NCBI GenBank assembly: GCA_964016885.1
Contig: OZ024740.1
Coordinates: forward strand, 287,432,001 to 287,496,000
Direction of reading: 5' to 3'
Origin: Eledone cirrhosa
Lineage: Eukaryota
DNA: 64,000 nucleotides
A program made the position numbers and the translations under genes. Numbering within the stretch: the first letter of the stretch is position 1; every line of letters begins with the position of its first letter. The notes under the pieces are model-generated. The model searched no databases, was not told where the DNA came from, and was given only the letters and a program-made list of their open reading frames with translations. Below are positions 63,657 through 64,000 of the stretch, piece by piece.

Positions 63657-64000
63657 CATATATATATATATATGTATACATATTCACACACACATGTAAA
63701 TTCATAGATGTGTGTGTGTTTTTGTGTGTGCAGTCAGTAAATTTCAAATAGGGTGTGTCCTTCAAGCATCCCTTTTAGATATACTGATTACATACTAGGC
63801 GAGCAGACATGAAAATATTTTAAGCAAAATTTTAAAATTAACACCAACTATATATACATGACATGTGTGACTGAACTATATATATAAATATTGTTATACT
63901 TTGGGAGGGTCATGTTGCCAATAAGAAACACACACACCAGTTGCTTTCACTTCAATTTATTATACTAAATTTATAAATTTAGGAATTTCTGGTTGGTTGG

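Overview
AT-rich, repeat-dominated animal genomic DNA. The repeat set (Ceph-domain and CORE tRNA-SINEs, RTE LINEs ending in (GAT)n, long (TA)n/(CATA)n tracts) points to an octopod cephalopod; this is an inference. I recognise no intact protein-coding gene: almost all ORF-track entries are decayed RTE ORF2 pieces, their antisense shadows, or microsatellite read-through. Contents: at least four RTE families, Penelope-like element (PLE) RT and GIY-YIG remnants, a DD37D (maT) Tc1/mariner relic, Tc2-like and piggyBac-like MITEs, and three SINE families. The most striking signal is invisible to the ORF track: more than a dozen type I hammerhead ribozyme motifs, about 8 with intact cores, most with palindromic stem III, in unrelated PLE-like fragments and several inside inverted repeats. 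Other highlights are a PHD-type C4HC3 finger inside the RTE reverse transcriptase, a 132-bp templated insertion copied from 7.6 kb away, a Ceph module shared between one RTE's 5' UTR and another's 3' UTR, and a CpG-retaining candidate promoter at about 41.5-44.3 kb. Alignments and folds were done by eye, so boundaries are approximate.
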